Shown piece after piece: positions 51,613-64,000 of a DNA stretch of 64,000 nt; positions within the stretch are counted from its first letter, which is position 1, and the number at the start of each line of letters is the position of its first letter. The translations under genes were made by a program, and so were the position numbers. The notes beneath the pieces were generated by a model that searched no databases, had not been told where the DNA came from, and saw nothing but the letters and a program-made list of their open reading frames with translations. Source of the DNA: Octopus vulgaris (Eukaryota); NCBI GenBank assembly GCA_951406725.2, contig OX597824.1, forward strand, positions 38,936,001-39,000,000, read 5' to 3'.

Positions 51613-51824
51613 TGTATGTATGTATGTATGTATGTATGTATGTATGTATGTATGTATGCATGCATGCATGCATGCATGCATGCATGTATGTATGTATGTA
51701 TGTATGTATGTATGTGTGTGTGCGCGCGCGCGTGTGTGTGTGTGTGTGTGATAGTCATTGACACAGATCCAGTACCTGAGCTGCAGATCTTCCAGCATTC
51801 AGATCTCTGAATAAACTGACTCCA

Positions 51825-51940
51825 CCGAAAATCCAATCCGGCCGGAAGTCCGATCAGGTCGAAAGTTTGATCTGGCCGAAAGTACGATTTAGGTGGAAGT
51901 CCGATTTGGGCCGAAAGTCCGATTTCGGCCGGAAGTTCGA
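51825..51940. repeat. ~17-bp minisatellite (GGCCGAAAGTCCGATTT-like, ~6-7 copies)
   Basis: Read directly; CpG-rich, no spacers. Confidence 0.8.
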
Positions 51941-52310
51941 GTTCTTCAATATATCCTTCCGAGCACTTTAATTCACAAACTCCGTAGAACTTCGAAACCT
52001 TACGAACATGGAATCTCTCATTCTAACATGGATCTAATTTTAAATGAACTGAATTGGAAATATTTTTTAAATTCACAAAGTTTTGGAATTACTTAAAATT
52101 CAGTTTAAATGAAAAACTTCTTAGTCCACTAATATTTGGAGTTTTTTTTAAAACTTGACTTTTCAAACTGTTAGCATACAACAAATCTTCATCCAGATCT
52201 GATCCCAATCCTGGATGTTCAAGAACCAAATGAAGGGCAGATTTTCAATCCCAGGATCATCATGTAAAAAATGCGACAGGATTTTCTTCTTAGCCTGATA
52301 TGTGTATATA

Positions 52311-52735
52311 AGGCGGCGTACTGGTAGAATTACTAGTACGTCAAGGCGGCGAGCTGGCAGACGCGTTAGCACGCCGGGCGAAATGCGTAGCCGTATTTCG
52401 TCTGCCGTTACGTTCTGAGTTCAAATTCCGCCGATGTCGACTTTGCCTTTCATCCTTTCGGGGTCGATAAATTAAGTACCAGTTACGCACTGGGGTCGAT
52501 ATAATCGACTTAATCCGTTTGTCTGTCCTTGTTTGTTTGTCCTCTCTGTGTTTAGCTCCTTGTGGGCAGTAAAGAAATAGGTATTTCGCCTGTCTTTATG
52601 TTCTTAGTTCAAATTCCGCCGAGGTCGACTTTGCCTTTCATCCTTTCGGTGTCGATAAATTAAGTACCAGTTGCGTACTGGGGTCGATTTAATCGACTGG
52701 CCCCCTTCCCCAAAATTTCGGGCCTTTTGCCTAGT
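52311..52735 (+). mobile_element. Tandem dimer of the abundant SINE, CpG intact
   Basis: Same dimer architecture as 47825-48245. Confidence 0.88.
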
Positions 52736-53004
52736 GTCTATGTAGAGTAAATATAGACTGAGACATATGGGTCATGGACGGACGGACGGATAGAATTTTG
52801 CTTTTATTATATTAGATTTATTATATTATTATTTCGTTATATTACATCATATTAATACATTAGGAAGATTATTACACAACAACCGCTATCGACATAGTAA
52901 CACCATTTCACATTCACCTGCCTCTAATATCATAATTAGAACACTAATATCGTCATAAATGTTATCATCAGTTATTCTGTCAATAATTTAAACTTTCATT
53001 GTTG

Positions 53005-53078
53005 TGACGACAACGACGACGACCACCACCACCACCGCTACGGCCGCCACCAACGCCATAACCGCCACTACTACTACA

Positions 53079-53122
<44 letters not shown>

Positions 53123-53138
53123 GACGACGACGACGACG

Positions 53139-53172
<34 letters not shown>

Positions 53173-53218
53173 TTACCATTACTACTACGACTACTACTAC
53201 TACTACTACTACTACTAT
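53005..53218. repeat. (ACT/ACG/ACC)n microsatellite
   Basis: Read directly. Confidence 0.95.
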
Positions 53219-53820
53219 TGTACTCTCAGAAACAGTGCCGACACAACAACTACCACATAAGGTACTTAATAGCTGCATCCTTTGATATTTCAGCTGTAAC
53301 TTTGCTGACCAGATTAAATTGATGAAAGGATACGGTTCACTTGAGCGTGCGTGCGTGCGCGCGCGCACACACACACGCACATATACACACACAAACATAT
53401 ACATACAATACACGTACAGGCAAACACACATAAACATATATTTTTATGTTTGTGTATACATATATAATGTGTGTGAGGATGTGTGTGTCCCTGTCTACCT
53501 GTCTGTCAGTCTGTGTCCATCTGTTCTAATTTAATTAAATTCTATGTTTTTGTGCAGTTGAAGATTGCTCTACATTTTAAATTGATGTTATGACTGCATT
53601 GTTCAATTAAATGGAGTTGCATGAAACGATCGTACTGCATGTATGTATGTATGTGTGTATGTATGTATTATTATCATTATTTTCAAATTCCGTCTAGGTC
53701 GACTCTACCTTTCATCCTTTCGGGGTCGATAAATTAAGTACCAGTGAAACACTGGGATCGATGTAATCGACGCATCCCCTCCCCTAAAATGACTGCCCTT
53801 TATTATTTTTATTATTATTT

Positions 53821-55048
53821 TCATATACACTCAACAGATTAGACTGTTGGAAAAGAAAAAATCCTGACATCGTGCTACATGTAACCTTAGATGCCAAGAA
53901 CCCTCTTAAATATTCTACCTGTCCCTAATAACACTGTTTTCTGGAGCTGTATTAAACTGGGTTTTATGCTTATTTCCTCTGTCCATCTGTTCAGATCTTT
54001 AAGGAGAGTTCCCAACGCACTTACAACTACTGGGATACATTTTACCCGCACCTTCCATAGTCCCTGTAATTCAATAGCTAGGGCCTGGTACTTTGCTATT
54101 TTTCTATACTTCTCATATTAATGTTTTCATCATTTGGTACTGTAAGGTGAATTATCTGGCACTTTCTATTCTTTCTATCTACTACTACCAAATCAGGTCT
54201 TCTAGCTTCTATTATTCTGTCAGTCTGAATGTTGAAGTCCCACAACATCTTATATTTCTTACTGTCTAGTACTTTACGAGGCTCATATTCATACCATTTA
54301 TCAATATGTTCAAATCCTAGCTTTCTACATAGCTCCCAGTGGATTACTCTCCCTAGATTGTCATGTCTTCTTGTACTCTTTCTGTGCCAGCATGCTACAT
54401 TCACTTACTATATTGAGTAACGTTTCCCTATTTTGATTTGCATAATCTATATTGGGAATCTACTTGGTTTTTGTCTATCTTGGCTTTTATCCAAGTCCTT
54501 AATACTTGATCTTGTGCAGCTACTAACAAACTTTCTGTCTCCCTCTTCAGCTTTCCTTTCTGAAACCATAACCATATCTCACTGCTACTATTTGCTGCGA
54601 CTATCTTTGGGAATTTACCATGCAACGCCTTCTCATGCCAGTCAGATAATTTCTGTTCTTTTTTCTGGTTTTTAACTTCGTTTACGTTTTTAGTTTCTCT
54701 CTGTCTTGCTGTGACTCTGAGAAGCTTTTAATAAATTTTCTTCACTATTACCTACATAGGAGTTTATATCTACTCTAGCTTACTCCACGCAGTCTTCTAC
54801 TGATATTAAACTTCTTCTGCCTAACTTTCTAGGTAGGTGTAATCTTGCTACTCCTGCCCTTGGGTGGAGTCCTCCATTCATATTGATTTACTTTCTAGTT
54901 CTTTTGTCTAGCTTTGCACCCTTCTTTTGTACTCCTTCTCAATTTTCGTTTTCATTTCTGTAATTAGTACCCTGTCAGATTCTAATGCGCCTAGATATTT
55001 ATAACTGTCTCCTCCTTTCAATGATTTTAATATCTGGTCATCTGGTAA
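53821..55048 (-). pseudogene. Decayed R4/Dong LINE 3' half
   Basis: Fragments KRETESLLVAAQDQ, RRHDNLGRVIHWELCRK, LWDFNIQTDRIIEARRPDLVVVD; frameshifted; 3' end abuts an AAT-like tract on the minus strand. Confidence 0.88.
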
Positions 55049-55049
55049 T

Positions 55050-55350
55050 TGGATGCCTTCGCTGTTAACTACCTGTACTTACTTTACTTGTACTTGTGGC
55101 GACATTCACCCTGGGCGGGTTGAATCGGCTTCTTCCACCACCCTCGAGGCATCTCGAACCATGGCAGTGGAAGAAGTTTCGTGGGAATATGAATTCCACA
55201 AGCGGTCCCCAACAATCCCGCATGTAGAGACATCCTGTTTGCCGCAGATTGTCCGCAGACGCAGGGATATAACGACCGAGGAGCCGCCGGTTGCCGAAAC
55301 AGACACTCCGAGGATTTTCACCAGAGCCCCGTTTGCCGGGTTGTGGCCCT
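55050..55350 (-). mobile_element. Probable RTE-clade LINE 3' end
   Basis: Ends ...STRPG* followed by CCACAAGTACAAGTAAAGTAAGTA tail; CpG-rich block. Confidence 0.5.
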
Positions 55351-55720
55351 AATACCACTCGGTTCCTTTCCTATGACTAATATTGCACACTTCTGTTACA
55401 TAATCTTCCATTACATAATAAGATTTCTTAGCAGCATTACAATAGCCCCTACTTTTAAGCTGAGGCGATGAGGAGGCATACCGGATAGAGTGAGTGAGTT
55501 TAATGAATTCAAATGGATAGTTCTGAACCTCCTCTTCATTACTGCAGGACACTGAATCTGTGCTTAAGTACGTTTTAAGTGCCTCTGGTATAATATTAAG
55601 AACTTTTTCATTTATTGCAAGACAGTCAGAATTTTTAGGAGATAAAATTACTCGTTTTCCCATTTCTTCTGGCGTGCAGTTGTTGAAAATATCTGGGTAC
55701 AATTGTACAACTTGAAATGC
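55351..55720 (-). pseudogene. Helitron PIF1-like helicase fragment
   Basis: RVILSPKN..INEKVL..KTYLSTDS..NYPFEFI then (frameshift) SLTLSGMPPHRLSLKVGAIVMLLRNL. Confidence 0.88.
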
Positions 55721-55817
55721 AAAAGAACGAAATAATAAATGGATTTATGAATGAAAGTTTGGTAATTGCGTTTATTTCCACCACGCGACAACTTAGTGCA
55801 AACATGTTTTAACTAAC

Positions 55818-55855
<38 letters not shown>

Positions 55856-55906
55856 ACAAATGCATTCATATATATATATGTTTCTCTCCTTGTTTTTTTC
55901 TGTGTA

Positions 55907-55944
55907 TCTTTCTGTCGAAGAGCGTAGGCTCGAAACGTAAAAGA
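55907..55944 (+). ncRNA. Minimal hammerhead-like motif in a (TA)n-flanked repeat (55880-56040)
   Basis: TCTTT-CTGTCGA-A-GAGC(gtag)GCTC-GAAA-CG-TA-AAAGA; A6 is U, so likely impaired. Confidence 0.5.
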
Positions 55945-56427
55945 CTTTTTCTATTTCTATTCCTGAGCGCTATACTAATACATTTGTTTGTTTGTACTCC
56001 ACCTGCCTTCGACTTTTGTTTATTTTCGTAAACTTTCCCTTATATATATATATATATATATATATATGTCTCGGGTTGTAGCTGTAATTCAATGGGGTCC
56101 AGCCTTGTTCAATATTTGCTGTGTCTATGTAGCTATGAACTTTTCTTTGGATTTATGTATCTACTGTCTCTCTCACTTTCTGCCTTTCTCGTTCACTTCC
56201 TTAGTGTCTTTTGATTTAACAATATGTATATGTATCTATGTATCTACTTCTCTTGCGATGTGATAAACATTTAAAAACACAAAACGAACGCCGTCACCAC
56301 TCACTGTCTCTTTCACCCTCTCTCTTTCTCTCTCACTCTCTTCCTTTCTCTCTTACGTCTTCTGTGAAACATTTAAAAGCACAAAACGAACGCCGTCACC
56401 ACTCACTGTCTCTTTCACTCTCTCTCT

Positions 56428-58631
56428 ATTTCGCCCAGCTATTCGGGAGGAGCGGCGGGCTGGAGCGCGGGGAGAAGCTCGCAGACTTCCTAGCCGGTTC
56501 GCCGCGTCTATCGAGGCCGGACGCGGAATCTTGTGAGGCGCCGATCACAGCCAAAGAAGTCGAGGATATGTTGGCAGACTGCGGCGGGGACAAATCGCCG
56601 GGACTCGATGGTTTGCCTTACGAACTCTATAGTAGCATGCCAGACTTGTTTGGGCACCTACTTGCATGCGTGTACACCAACTGGCAGCAGAACGGGAGAA
56701 TTCCTAAGTCTGTGAGCCGAGGGGTGGTAGCGCTGTTAAGAAAGGACCCAAACAAGGGGGATTTAATTGATAATTTCCGGCCTATCACTCTGCTTAACGC
56801 AGAGTTGAAGATCTTGGCCAAGGTCTTAGCAAAAAGGTTGGCGAGGGTCGTGGGTGAACTTGTTGGCGAGGCGCAAACTTGCGCCATCCCTGGAAGGACC
56901 ATCCACGACAATCTCCACTTTCTACGCTATGCCTTAGAAAGGGTAAATAGGATTCCTGGCAAAGGTGGGGCTATGGTCCACTTGGACCAATCGAAAGCGT
57001 TTGATAGGGTGGACCATCAGTATCTGGAGGCGGTCCTCGCGGCGGCTGGTTTCGGCCCGACCTTCCGCGGATGGATCATCGCTTTATACAGCAACATCGA
57101 ATCGGTAGTTCGGGTAAATGGTTTCCTTTCGGAACCGTTCAGCATTGAACGTTCGGTACGTCAAGGGTGTCCTCTCTCCCCGCTTCTCTACGTTTTGGCC
57201 CTCGAGCCGTTGCTGAGGAGGTTGGAAACTATGAGAGGCACCCCGCAAGATCTAGGGTGCGGAAAGTCAGCTTCGGCGTATGCGGACGACATCACCGTCA
57301 TCGTTTCCCGAGTCGAGCACCTACAGTGGGTGGGTGAGGCCTTAAGGGACTACGAAGCGGTGGCAGGAGCGAAAGTCAACCGGGATAAATCGGTCGGCTT
57401 GCAACTCGGCACCTGGAGGGGCAAGTCGATGTCTTCCGACAGCGTCGTAGGACGTTGGACGGAAGGACCGGTGAAAATGCTTGGGATCTGGTTAGGTCCA
57501 GATCTCCAGATAGAGAAGAACTGGAGCGAGGTGGCGAGAAAGGTGGCTCTCCTAACTCAGACATGGTCTGAGCGGAAACTGTCCTTGAAAGGGAGGGCGG
57601 AGGTTGCAGAAGTGTTTATCGCCTCTGTAATCACTTACCGCCTAACCGTAGTGCCTTGCCCCGATTCGTGGCTGAACAAACTGGAACGCATGCTCTTTCG
57701 CTTTTTGTGGAGGGGCAGCAGACCTCTTGTAAGGCGCTCTATTTGCTGCCAAAAGCCGCTGAACGGTGGGTTGGGGATGCCGTGGCTAAAAATGCGCAGA
57801 CATGCGCTCAGGCTTAGGCACCTCTGGATTTACCTGGACGGTGAGCAGGTGTGGTCTCCGTTTGTCAAGCTGTTATTTCCACAGTTCACATCGTTTAACG
57901 AACTGAACCCATGGATCAAGTGTAGACCGAGGTTGGGCATGTGGCATGCAGAGTGCTATCAGGCACTCGTGCTTCTCTCCCAGTCGGGCAACGCCGGTGG
58001 CGGGGCTACTACCGCTTTCTTCTATAGAGGGTTAGTAGAGTTTAAGTGTGACGACGTACTAGGAGAAACTCTGGGCTTCGACGAAAATCAACTGGCCAGC
58101 CTGTTCCAAAGAACATTCGGTCCGGGGCCTATGGATAATTACCAAAAGTCCCTGGCCTGGCAATGTTACAGAGGAGCTTTACCGGTTCGAGATAAGCTCT
58201 TTAGACATGGGTGTGCACCTTCGCCGGTTTGTGCAAGATGTAAGAGGGACAGTGAAACTGTCCTGCACGCGATTGTGCAATGTCCCAAGGTGACTGAACT
58301 CTGGACTTATGTCGAACACCTGCTGTCGCATTCAAGAAGAGTACAACTGTCGAGCGAATCTGTAATTAAGATAGTTCCGCCGACCTTCCTGAATAGGGAG
58401 GAGCGAGCCTGTTTTCTTTCGGTAGTTGCTATGGCGAAAGAAGTAGTGTGGAAGACGAGAGTAAAAGGAATTGCAACAGGCATGTTTATCTCCAGTCTCG
58501 AGCTAATCGACTTTTTCGTTTTCCACATGAAACGGAAAATAAGGCTGGAGAAGAAATGCCTGTCGCAAAGTGTGTTTCGTAAAAGATGGAAGTTTATAGC
58601 AAGTATGTTGCGAGTGAAAGAACCTGTTTAA
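56428..58631 (+). CDS. Tx1/L1-type ORF2, partial (RT and C-terminal zinc finger; APE endonuclease missing)
   Basis: KSPGLDGLPYE, FRPITLLNAELKILAK, LDQSKAFDRVDH, SVRQGCPLSPLLY, AYADD, CARCKRDSETVLHAIVQC; uninterrupted but lacks its own start. Confidence 0.88.
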
Positions 58632-58853
58632 TCGAGAATGTAAAAAAGGAGAAAGCAAAGTCTTCAGTGTGAGTATGTGGTTTGTGGGGTCGACCGCGTC
58701 CTCCGCTTCATTTTTTGTTAATCACTCATTCTCATTTAATTGTATATATTTTAATTGTTTGTTTATTCATATGTTTTCGTCTCATTCGATACCCTGACCC
58801 CAACGTTTGTTTTGTCCCCTCTTTTTCTCAACCTTATGGTGAATAAAGAAATA
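56428..58853 (+). mobile_element. 5'-truncated Tx1/L1-clade LINE inserted in a (CT)n stretch of a ~120-bp tandem repeat
   Basis: Open RT frame; 3' UTR with AATAAA (58842); CTCTCTCT on both sides; host repeat units at 56260-56427 and 58854-58990. Confidence 0.9.
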
Positions 58854-58960
58854 CTCTCTCTTTCTCTCTCACTCTCTTCCTTTCTCTCTTACGTCCTCTG
58901 TGAAACATTTAAAAGCACAAAACGAACGCCGTCACCACTCACTGTCTCTTTCACCCTCTC

Positions 58961-58998
<38 letters not shown>

Positions 58999-59451
58999 AC
59001 TTCCTCTCTGTCATCCTCTTTCTCGCTTTTCCACTTCTTTGAAGTAAGTGTGACGCACACAACAGGTACGTAGAAAAACAAAAAGTTAGCGTATTGATAT
59101 TATTGATAATAATAATTTCTTTTATTTGCCACCTGAGCGAAGATTGAGAGGACAATATAAAGGCAGACATGGTGTGGGGGTTTACATATAACGAAATAAT
59201 AATAATAAGAAAATATGAAACTATGCACGGTATACAATAAAGCAAAGAAGGGAAGTATACATAGCATGTAAGAGTAAAAAAACCCGGCAGAAGTTACCAA
59301 GTGACTCAAAGGCAAATAGTTTCGTGCAATAATATATATATATATATACCGGAGTAAACACATAAATGTGAAACACGGTGGAAAAAAGAGTACTCAAATA
59401 CCAGAGGTAGAGTAATATGCTTTATTTAAAAGCAATATGCCTTATTTAAAA

Positions 59452-59489
59452 CTGTCCGACGAACGGGAACGTGAAACTTCGAGTAACAG
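59452..59489 (+). ncRNA. Minimal type-I hammerhead ribozyme
   Basis: CTGT-CCGACGA-ACG(ggaa)CGT-GAA-ACT(tcg)AGT-A-ACAG; all three stems pair; only core deviation is U4C; GUA cleavage triplet. Confidence 0.7.
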
Positions 59490-59533
59490 CTTTTGTTAAA
59501 TTTCTGCTGCTTTTAAATGAAGTATATATATAC

Positions 59534-60051
<518 letters not shown>

Positions 60052-60661
60052 ATTGATTGATTGAAAGAATGATGAATAGATGGACTGACAGACAGATGGA
60101 TAGATTTATAAATACATGGATAAATAGGGGAAGGGATGGATGGATAATAAATAGATCTGAAAAGGATGAAATGATGATAGCATTGCTAAACGAAGTCAGT
60201 TGTGAATCTTGTCATGGAAACATGGAAACTAAAACCGTAAGATATGGATATGAAAAACACGATTACTGCATTAACAATTTTGATTCTCCGGGTAAAAATG
60301 ATATACTTTTTCTGACTTAGTCAAAGAAAGAAATCATCATTTAGGCTCTTTTGGGAATAAAGTTGAAAGGCAAAAAATTAGAGTGGAAAATATCCTTACA
60401 TCGGTGATATGATCTGAATGCTCGCCCCACACTGGACTCAATACAGTATATTTTATATTATACGAGCAAAACGCTCCCCCGTGCAATAGAGATAAGGCAA
60501 AAGTAGACAAGGAGGAAAAGATGGTAGGTGTGGAAAGAGAGGGTAAGTTAAAGGTGTAGAAGAGGAAATGGAAGAAGAAACATAAATATGTAAATAGAGA
60601 AATGTCTCAATGGGCAATACACTTCAGACGCAGACAATAAGAAAAAGAAACAGAAAGGAAT

Positions 60662-60727
<66 letters not shown>

Positions 60728-60959
60728 ATACACACACACACGTATACATATATATGTATTTGTGTGTGAGTGTATATATATATATATATATATATACGAG
60801 CAACCCCCACTCCAATGGAAGATGCTGAGTTGTCAAACATTTAAACCAAATTTTCTCAAAACAACTTGTCCGACCGTCCCATAGGCCTCCCCTTTGAGAA
60901 ACACTGATTTAACCTAAATTTGAGACAGAATAAATAAAGATAGACGTTTTATTCTATTC

Positions 60960-61158
60960 CAAGAAAAACGATTTTACAATTGCACATTCCCACGGCTTTA
61001 TCGATCGCATACTCACCTGGAATCGATTTCAAGACTTATACACGCCCTGATACTGTCAGTATCTACATATCAAATTTGAGCGCAATCGGATGGCGGATGC
61101 TCGAGATCCTAGAAGACACACACACAGACAGACAAAACGGATTTTTTATATAATAGAT
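60960..61158 (-). mobile_element. Helitron-like non-autonomous 5' end
   Basis: Minus strand starts A|TCTATTATATAAAAAA followed by (TCTG)/(TG) repeats; similar end at ~52740-52817. Confidence 0.5.
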
Positions 61159-61731
61159 TAGCCCGGGTTGTCCAACGTCTTGCGAGTGAATTTGGTAGAT
61201 GAAAACACATACACATACACACGTACACGTGCATCTCTCCCTCACAGAACTGTTTATCTTAAAGGTGAATAATAGTCTGACAATCGTGTTAAACCGAGCA
61301 ACAGATTTAAATTTATTACTTAAAAAAAACAGGGAAGGTCCCACGCAAAAACTTCCAGACAATTTCTCTCTGCCAATTTTTACTCATAAAGATTAGTTTG
61401 GTTGACTGAAATTATGATACAATGCACTTCCTCAAAGTTATGTGTCTTGGCATCAGACTCGAAACGACATGCTGGTAAAGAAAACTTCTTAATCCCACAG
61501 CCGTATCAATCATCTCTTTCATTTAAAAAATAAGTTGCTGTTGACGTAGTTGCGTAATGAAAGGGTGATTATGGTAATAGAAAAACTGAAGGCGGGGGCG
61601 TCATGGCAGGAGGAATTGGCGGATTTTAAATAAACTACAATGATCTGGCAAGTATAGACCTGTTTCAATCATTAACAATACATTACTAAATTGGCATTTA
61701 CAACAGTATAAAACAATACTATATGAATAAG

Positions 61732-62125
61732 GGCGCAGGAGTGGCTGTGTGGTAAGTAGCTTGTTTACCAACCACATGGTTCTGGGTTCAGTCCCACTGC
61801 GTGACACCTTGGGCAAGTGTCTTCTACTATAGCCTCGAGTCGACCAAAGCCTTGTGAGTGGGTTTGGTAGACGGAAACTGAAAGAAGCCCGTCGTCTATA
61901 TGTATGTATATAAATATGTGTGTGTGTGTTTGTGTGTCTGTGTTTGTCCCCCCCAACATCGCTTGACAACCGATGCTGGTGTGTTTGCGTCCAGCGGTTC
62001 GGCAAAAGAGACCGATAGAATAAGTACTAGGTTTACAAAGAATAAGTCCTGGGGTCGATTTGCTCGACTTATGGCGGTGCTCCAGCATGACTGAACCAAG
62101 TAAAAGAGTAAAAGAGTAAAAGAGT
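61732..62125 (+). mobile_element. Full-length tRNA-derived SINE
   Basis: Same family as 43390; (GTAAAAGA)n tail. Confidence 0.9.
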
Positions 62126-62774
62126 AAGGGAAATGATTGGCAACATAAAAAAAATGAAAAACAAAATCGTGTTATAATGGGAATGAGAACAGACAGGCCT
62201 TTCAGATTGTGTGTCCCGTCTAAAGAAAAGGTCTGGGCTTTGGTCGACCCGACGCTATGATAGAAGACACTTAACCAGTGTGCCATACAGTGGGATTGAA
62301 CCCGGAATCATGTGGTTGGGAAGGAAGCTTCTTAGCACATCACTAAGTGAAGGTTCTTCTTATTAGTAACCGCTGAAAATGTAACTTAGCAGTGGAAGTC
62401 AATGTCCTGTTAGCAAAAAAAAAAAAAAAAAAAAAACAGAGCAAAGATTGTTCTTTGCTCAGAATGGAAAAACACTAACTGAAGTATTAAGATTTTGAGC
62501 TAATGATTATCCAGTCTAACTGCTAACTCCACGCTTACCAAAAACAGACATATGCACATATATTTATATCTAGCGATACAAAACATGCAATTATTGAACA
62601 GATTCATAACTTCCATAAAGATATTTATTCATAATCAACGTTGTGCTGCTGGTCTTTTTATGACCAACTGCTATTCAGTTTTCTGCAATTATGTAAATTT
62701 ATGTCAGAAACTCATCTACTGTTTTTCGCAAGTTACCTGATAATACTTCCTGTTGAAAATTTCAAAAGTGATGT

Positions 62775-62824
62775 GAGCTATTCCTGATGAGTCATTAACT
62801 AAATCGAAACTAGTCGGCTGGCTC
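62775..62824 (+). ncRNA. Hammerhead-like motif with canonical core
   Basis: GAGCTATTC-CTGATGA-G..C-GAAAC-TA-GTC-GGCTGGCTC; stem I 8 of 9 pairs (two G-U); palindromic stem III ACTAGT; stem II weak. Confidence 0.55.
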
Positions 62825-63210
62825 CTTGTTTCTAGCTAACGAAAGCATTCTCCCTATTTTTTTTCACTCTCTTGATATTTTTTAATCTTTTACGAGCTTC
62901 AGTCATTAGACTGCGGCCAGCCTGGGGCACTACCTTCAAGAATTTCTAGTTGAAAGTATCGACTCCAGTAATTACTTTCTTTTAAAGTCTGGTACTTATT
63001 TTATCGGTCTATTTTGCCGAACCACTAGGTTACGAAGACGTAAACACACCAGCATCTTTGAGCGTGCGCTGTGTCTGCGCATTAATGTTTGCTTTCATGT
63101 TCAGTTACGGTAAAAAGAATTATACATTTATCCTATACTTTTGTACAGAAGGAATTTATTATTCTTAAACAAGAATGTTGTCAATAGCATTCTTGTTTAC
63201 GAATAATGAC

Positions 63211-63244
63211 TATGTATGTATGTATGTATGTATGTATGTATGTG

Positions 63245-63276
<32 letters not shown>

Positions 63277-63641
63277 TGTATGTATGTATGTATGTATGTA
63301 TGTATGTATGTATGTATGCATGCATGCATGCATGCATGTATGTATGTATGTATGTATGTATGTATGTGTATATGTATGTATGTATGTATGCATGTATGTA
63401 TGCATGTATGTATGTATGTGTATATGTACGTATGTATGTATGCATGCATGCATGCATGCATGCATGTATGTATGTATGTATGTATGTATGTATGTATGTA
63501 TGTATGTATGTATGTGTATATGTATGTATGTATGCATGTATGTATGTATGCATGTATGTATGTATGTATGTATGTATGTATGCATGTATGTATGTATGTA
63601 TGTATGTATGTATGTATGTATGTATGAATGTATGTATGTAT
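63211..63641. repeat. (TATG)n/(CATG)n microsatellite
   Basis: Read directly. Confidence 0.97.
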
Positions 63642-64000
63642 GCACGTGTGCGTGTGCAGGTGTGTATGCGTTTGAAATGTATTTCAAATTAAGGAGGGAG
63701 CGTTTAAAGCACATGCCGTTTATCATTTTGTTTCACATAGGTCATCTTTTGTAAATCAATCGATTCACATCTCTGTGTTCACGAATATACGCACATATAT
63801 ACACACTAGTGCACGAACACATATGCATAGGAACCTATTAAACTCTCCATCACTTCAATGCTCCCGCTTCTACAGCTCTAAGATAAAGTGCATAAACATT
63901 CTGGCACTGTTTGTCTCTTGTTCTGTTTACTAATATTTTTTTTTATTGAACTTATTTCTATCGTTATTGAAACTCAGTAATAATCACAACAGATATTCTA

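Noticed and set aside
51825-51940. CRISPR-like array (also 34820-35605)
   Set aside because: Degenerate head-to-tail units without unique spacers, no cas genes, eukaryotic context.
56238-56427. N-terminal extension and ATG of the 797-aa ORF
   Set aside because: Derived from the host tandem repeat (KHLKxQNERRHHSLSLS twice); fortuitous in-frame fusion to a truncated RT.

Overview
Repeat-rich, AT-rich animal genomic DNA, inferred to be octopus/coleoid cephalopod from its SINE repertoire and microsatellite load. One host gene can be built by hand: a 7-exon YIPF6 (Yip1-domain Golgi membrane protein, 222 aa) on the minus strand, ATG at 45997, stop at 28883, all introns GT-AG and in phase. The rest is mobile DNA: an almost full-length, uninterrupted R4/Dong-type RT+RLE LINE in an (AAT)n array shared with several other insertions; two Tx1/L1-type LINEs in different microsatellites; many Penelope-like terminal-repeat remnants; a decayed Tc1; Helitron pieces; MITEs; and many SINEs. 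The least expected signal is a set of minimal type-I hammerhead-ribozyme-like motifs in several dissimilar repeat families, including a triplicated variant with a compensatory U3:A8 core pair. Also notable are apparent microsatellite partitioning among retroelements and a CpG-decay footprint over the YIPF6 transcription unit. Most short ORFs in the track are microsatellite artefacts. All calls are by eye, and repeat boundaries are approximate.
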